Source of the DNA: Ochotona princeps
Lineage: Eukaryota
Length of the DNA: 64,000 nt
Reading direction: 5' to 3'
NCBI RefSeq assembly: GCF_030435755.1
Contig: NC_080843.1
Span: 68,670,485-68,734,484, forward strand
Positions 61,626-64,000 of the stretch are shown here, in pieces. Both the position numbers and the translations under genes were made by a program. The number at the start of each line of letters is the position of its first letter. The stretch's first letter is position 1. The notes under the pieces were generated by a model, which was not told the origin of the DNA, did not search any database, and saw only the letters and a program-made list of their open reading frames with translations.

Positions 61626-61990
61626 CTACAAAAAAATATGATTTTAGGTCATGTACATTGAGACTCCATATTGTCAATGCTGAAAGTATAAATAGCCCAT
61701 CCAATGCCGAGGACAGCTGAGCAGACATCTGGAAGTGAAGAGGCAGGCACCTCGCTAATGTAAAGGTACCTGGCCAACAGTTAAGACGGCAGCGTCCCCC
61801 AGCACGGTGTCTGGGGCCAGTCCTGGACCTGGGCCCTCATTCTAACTGCCTGCCCGCGCATCCCCAGAAATCCAGCTGCTTATATGGAATTTACACTAAT
61901 AACATTAATGCATTATCTGTAAATTATTCATGAAGTTTATGACGTGAATCTTACAACAAGCTCCTGGACTTAAGAAACCGTTCGTGATAC

Positions 61991-62146
61991 CTGAATGTCC
62001 TTCCGGACGGCTCTGGCCTTGTTCTCTGTGTTCTTCCTCCTGAACTCGAGCAGGACTTCCTTGCAGTCCACCAGGTGGACCTCGGGCTCCCAGGTGTCAT
62101 CCTCCGACGCGTATCCCTTCCAGCGGACTTTGTACAGGACCCTGCC
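61991..62146 (-). CDS. MPHOSPH8: MPHOSPH8 chromodomain exon: GRVLYKVRWKGYASEDDTWEPEVHLVDCKEVLLEFRRKNTENKARAVRKDIQ
   Basis: Reverse strand: acceptor gccatag|GGCAGGGTC; donor ATTCAG|gtatcac; 156 nt, phase 0/0; the chromo shadow of the HP1-like fold (Y-x-V-x-W-K-G-Y...W-E-P) is unmistakable; exon 1 with the ATG is beyond position 64000. Confidence 0.85.
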
Positions 62147-62657
62147 CTATGGCACCAAGCAGAAACAGGCCACACGTTAACAGAGGATGAAAATCACAGA
62201 GGTGCGTAAGGAACCTGATAACTGGCACGTGAAAAGCAATCTCTGATTCACAAAGGCACAGCAAAAAAGCTCATGGAAATCGAATTAAAAGATGTTCTGT
62301 TGCGAATAAATTCGAAATTCATGTTTTCCAGAATGCACGTTGTCCCTGATCCATTTGGGGCTCTCCCATATAATGCAAACGTACTACTGGAAAAGCAATG
62401 AAAAACGGAAAAGCCAAGTACGTCAACCGAAGGTACACGCTTTTTCCTTACCCACTATACTCAACACATACTTCATGTTTTTAAATACTAGATATTATAA
62501 TTTTTAACTAATTTTCTCCTATCAAACACTTGGTTTAATATCTTTCAAAACATGATTTTCAGTGACTGAAGATTATTCACTGAATCACAGAAATACAAAA
62601 AACCTGTTAACCAAAGGTAGTTTCATTTCCAACTTTTAAAAAATGTTTGTTTAGGGC

Positions 62658-62955
62658 CCAGTGTGGTAGCCTAGCAGAAAAAGTCCTCGCCTCGAATGCA
62701 CTGGGCTCTCATGTGAGCACCGGTTCTAATCCTGGCAGCCCTACTTCCCATCTAGCTCCCAGCTGATGGCCTGGGAAAGCAGTGGAGGACCTTGGGACCC
62801 TGCACCTGTGTGGGAGACCCAGAAGAGGCTCTGGGCTCCTGGCTTTGGATCGTAGCAGCTCCAGCCGCTGCAGTCGCTTGGGGAGTGATTTAATGGACGG
62901 GAGATCTTCTTCTGTCTCTCGTCTGTGTATCTGACTTTCCAATTAAAAAAAAAAG
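62658..62955 (+). mobile_element. CSINE SINE
   Basis: gggcccagtgtggtagcctagcagaaaaagtcctcgcctcgaatgcactgggctctcatgtgagcaccggttctaatcctggc...tail aattaaaaaaaaaag. Confidence 0.75.
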
Positions 62956-63235
62956 TTTGTTTATTCAAAGACCTTCCGCCCCCTGATGTTCACACAGCAG
63001 CTGTGCTGTGCCTGGCCAATGCCAGGCGCCTGGAATGTCAACGTGGTCTCCTCCAGGCGCTGCAGCCATCATGAGTTCCCTCCCAGGGGCGCTGGCAGGG
63101 AGCCATAAGCCAGAGGCAGAATCAGGACTGGATCCCAGCCACTCGGCTCCGGGATACAGTGTCTTGCCCCGCTCTACCACAGTGCCTAACCCCATCCTCT
63201 TGTAATTTTTAATAAATTGTAAAGATAAATGAAGG

Positions 63236-63525
63236 CACTGCGGTTGGCAACGTGACACAGCACGTCAAGCTGCCGCCTGTGGTGCTGGCATGCCACGAGG
63301 GCCGCTTTGAGTTGCAGCTTCTCCATTCCCACCCAGCAACCTGCTAGTGCACCTAGGAAGGCAACAGATGATGGCCCAAGTGTGTGAGCCCCTGCACCCA
63401 TGCCTCGGAATAGTTCCTGGCTCCCCAGCCTTGGACCTGCCCAGTTCTGGCCACTGCAGACATTTGGGGAGTGAACCAGCGGATGCAAGATCTATCGCCC
63501 TCCGCCCCCATCCTCTCGTCACAAT
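63236..63525 (+). mobile_element. CSINE-related SINE, old
   Basis: ...ctgtggtgctggcatgccacgagggccgctttgagttgcagcttctccattcccacccagcaacctgctagtgcacctaggaagg... Confidence 0.45.
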
Positions 63526-63962
63526 GGAGGCGTAGCAAAGCATCTGACTAGCCTAGATTCAACTCCCAAAGCAGCAGTCAGTGGTGTTTTAAACAGATCC
63601 ATCTGAACTGCAGAACAATGCTGCTCTGCCAGGGCTTGGCAGCTCAGATGGGCTGACTTGCTCTCCCCGATACAGAATACACTGCCGGAGACTAGGGCCA
63701 GGGGGCCTACAAGGAGGCCCGCTACCTGGTTGATCACCTCGTGAGCTGAGAATCGTTTTACATTTTTAAATGGTTGAAAACATTCCATCTACAACATACT
63801 TTGCAATTCTGAGTATCTGCCTTGGCCTGGCACTGTGGCACGGGGTTGTTTCACCTGTGTGGTCAGTGTTGCACAGGTGCCCGCTGAAACCCCAGCTGCT
63901 CCTCTTACTTCCGGTCCCTGCTCTTATGTCTGGGACATGGAGAATCTAGACTCCTGGTTCTG

Positions 63963-64000
63963 CCCAGCCCAGCCCAGCCCTAGCCCCAGCCCAGCCCTAG
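63963..64000. repeat. (CCCAG)n-like pentanucleotide microsatellite at the window edge
   Basis: cccagcccagcccagccctagccccagcccagccctag. Confidence 0.7.

Noticed and set aside
1-64000. CRISPR array / repeat-spacer interpretation of the many ~320-bp repeats
   Set aside because: The units are about 320 bp, not 24-48 bp. They are dispersed in both orientations with poly(A) tails and target-site duplications. Spacing is irregular, from 0 to several kb. These are hallmarks of SINE retroposons.

Overview
This window is mammalian nuclear DNA, not prokaryotic. It is almost certainly lagomorph, most likely rabbit (Oryctolagus cuniculus). About 60 copies or fragments of a ~320-bp tRNA-derived SINE, the rabbit C-repeat/CSINE family, lie in both orientations. 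Each has a tRNA-like head with Pol III A and B boxes (e.g. tggcctagtggctaa / ggttctaatcccgg) and an A-rich tail, and many carry target-site duplications. Coding sequence sits in short exons with canonical GT-AG boundaries, separated by kilobase-scale introns. Two convergently arranged host genes are recognisable from exon translations. (1) The last three coding exons and 3'UTR of PSPC1 (paraspeckle component 1) lie on the + strand (6461-6518, 9492-9661, 11491-11676). Their translation ends ...[12 protein letters not shown], and the upstream exons are outside the window or were not found. (2) At least 12 coding exons of MPHOSPH8 (M-phase phosphoprotein 8, MPP8) lie on the - strand between 62146 and about 42000. 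They comprise the chromodomain exon, a large 801-nt Lys/Glu-rich exon, three ankyrin-repeat exons and the C-terminal exons. Exon 1 is beyond the window end, and the terminal exon and stop are not resolved. A ~30-kb repeat-dense stretch (12.3-42 kb) with no recognisable coding sequence separates the two 3' ends. Other content: a degenerate GC-rich tandem array in an MPHOSPH8 intron (43.5-44.6 kb), homopolymer tracts (T36 at 2958-2993, G18 at 47525-47542), small microsatellites, a probable LINE 3' fragment (24610-25130), and nested, inverted or tandem SINE clusters. Nearly all long ORFs in the supplied six-frame track are frame translations of SINE copies (recurring peptides such as ...AWESSRGRPKALGPC..., ...IHSPSEPQRA..., ...PGSHMGAGSNPGSSTSHPAPCLWPGKAVEDGPK...) and are not genes. 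No CRISPR arrays, operons, defence islands or other prokaryotic systems are present. The one thing that may be undescribed is an orphan 80-codon ORF that ends exactly at a consensus splice donor (20755-20994) in the PSPC1-MPHOSPH8 interval. All exon coordinates were derived by hand and may be off by 1-2 nt. Additional short CSINE fragments not listed as features occur at about 35905-36085, 36678-36850, 45593-45712, 53085-53250, 55390-55600, 57850-58075 and 63822-63960.
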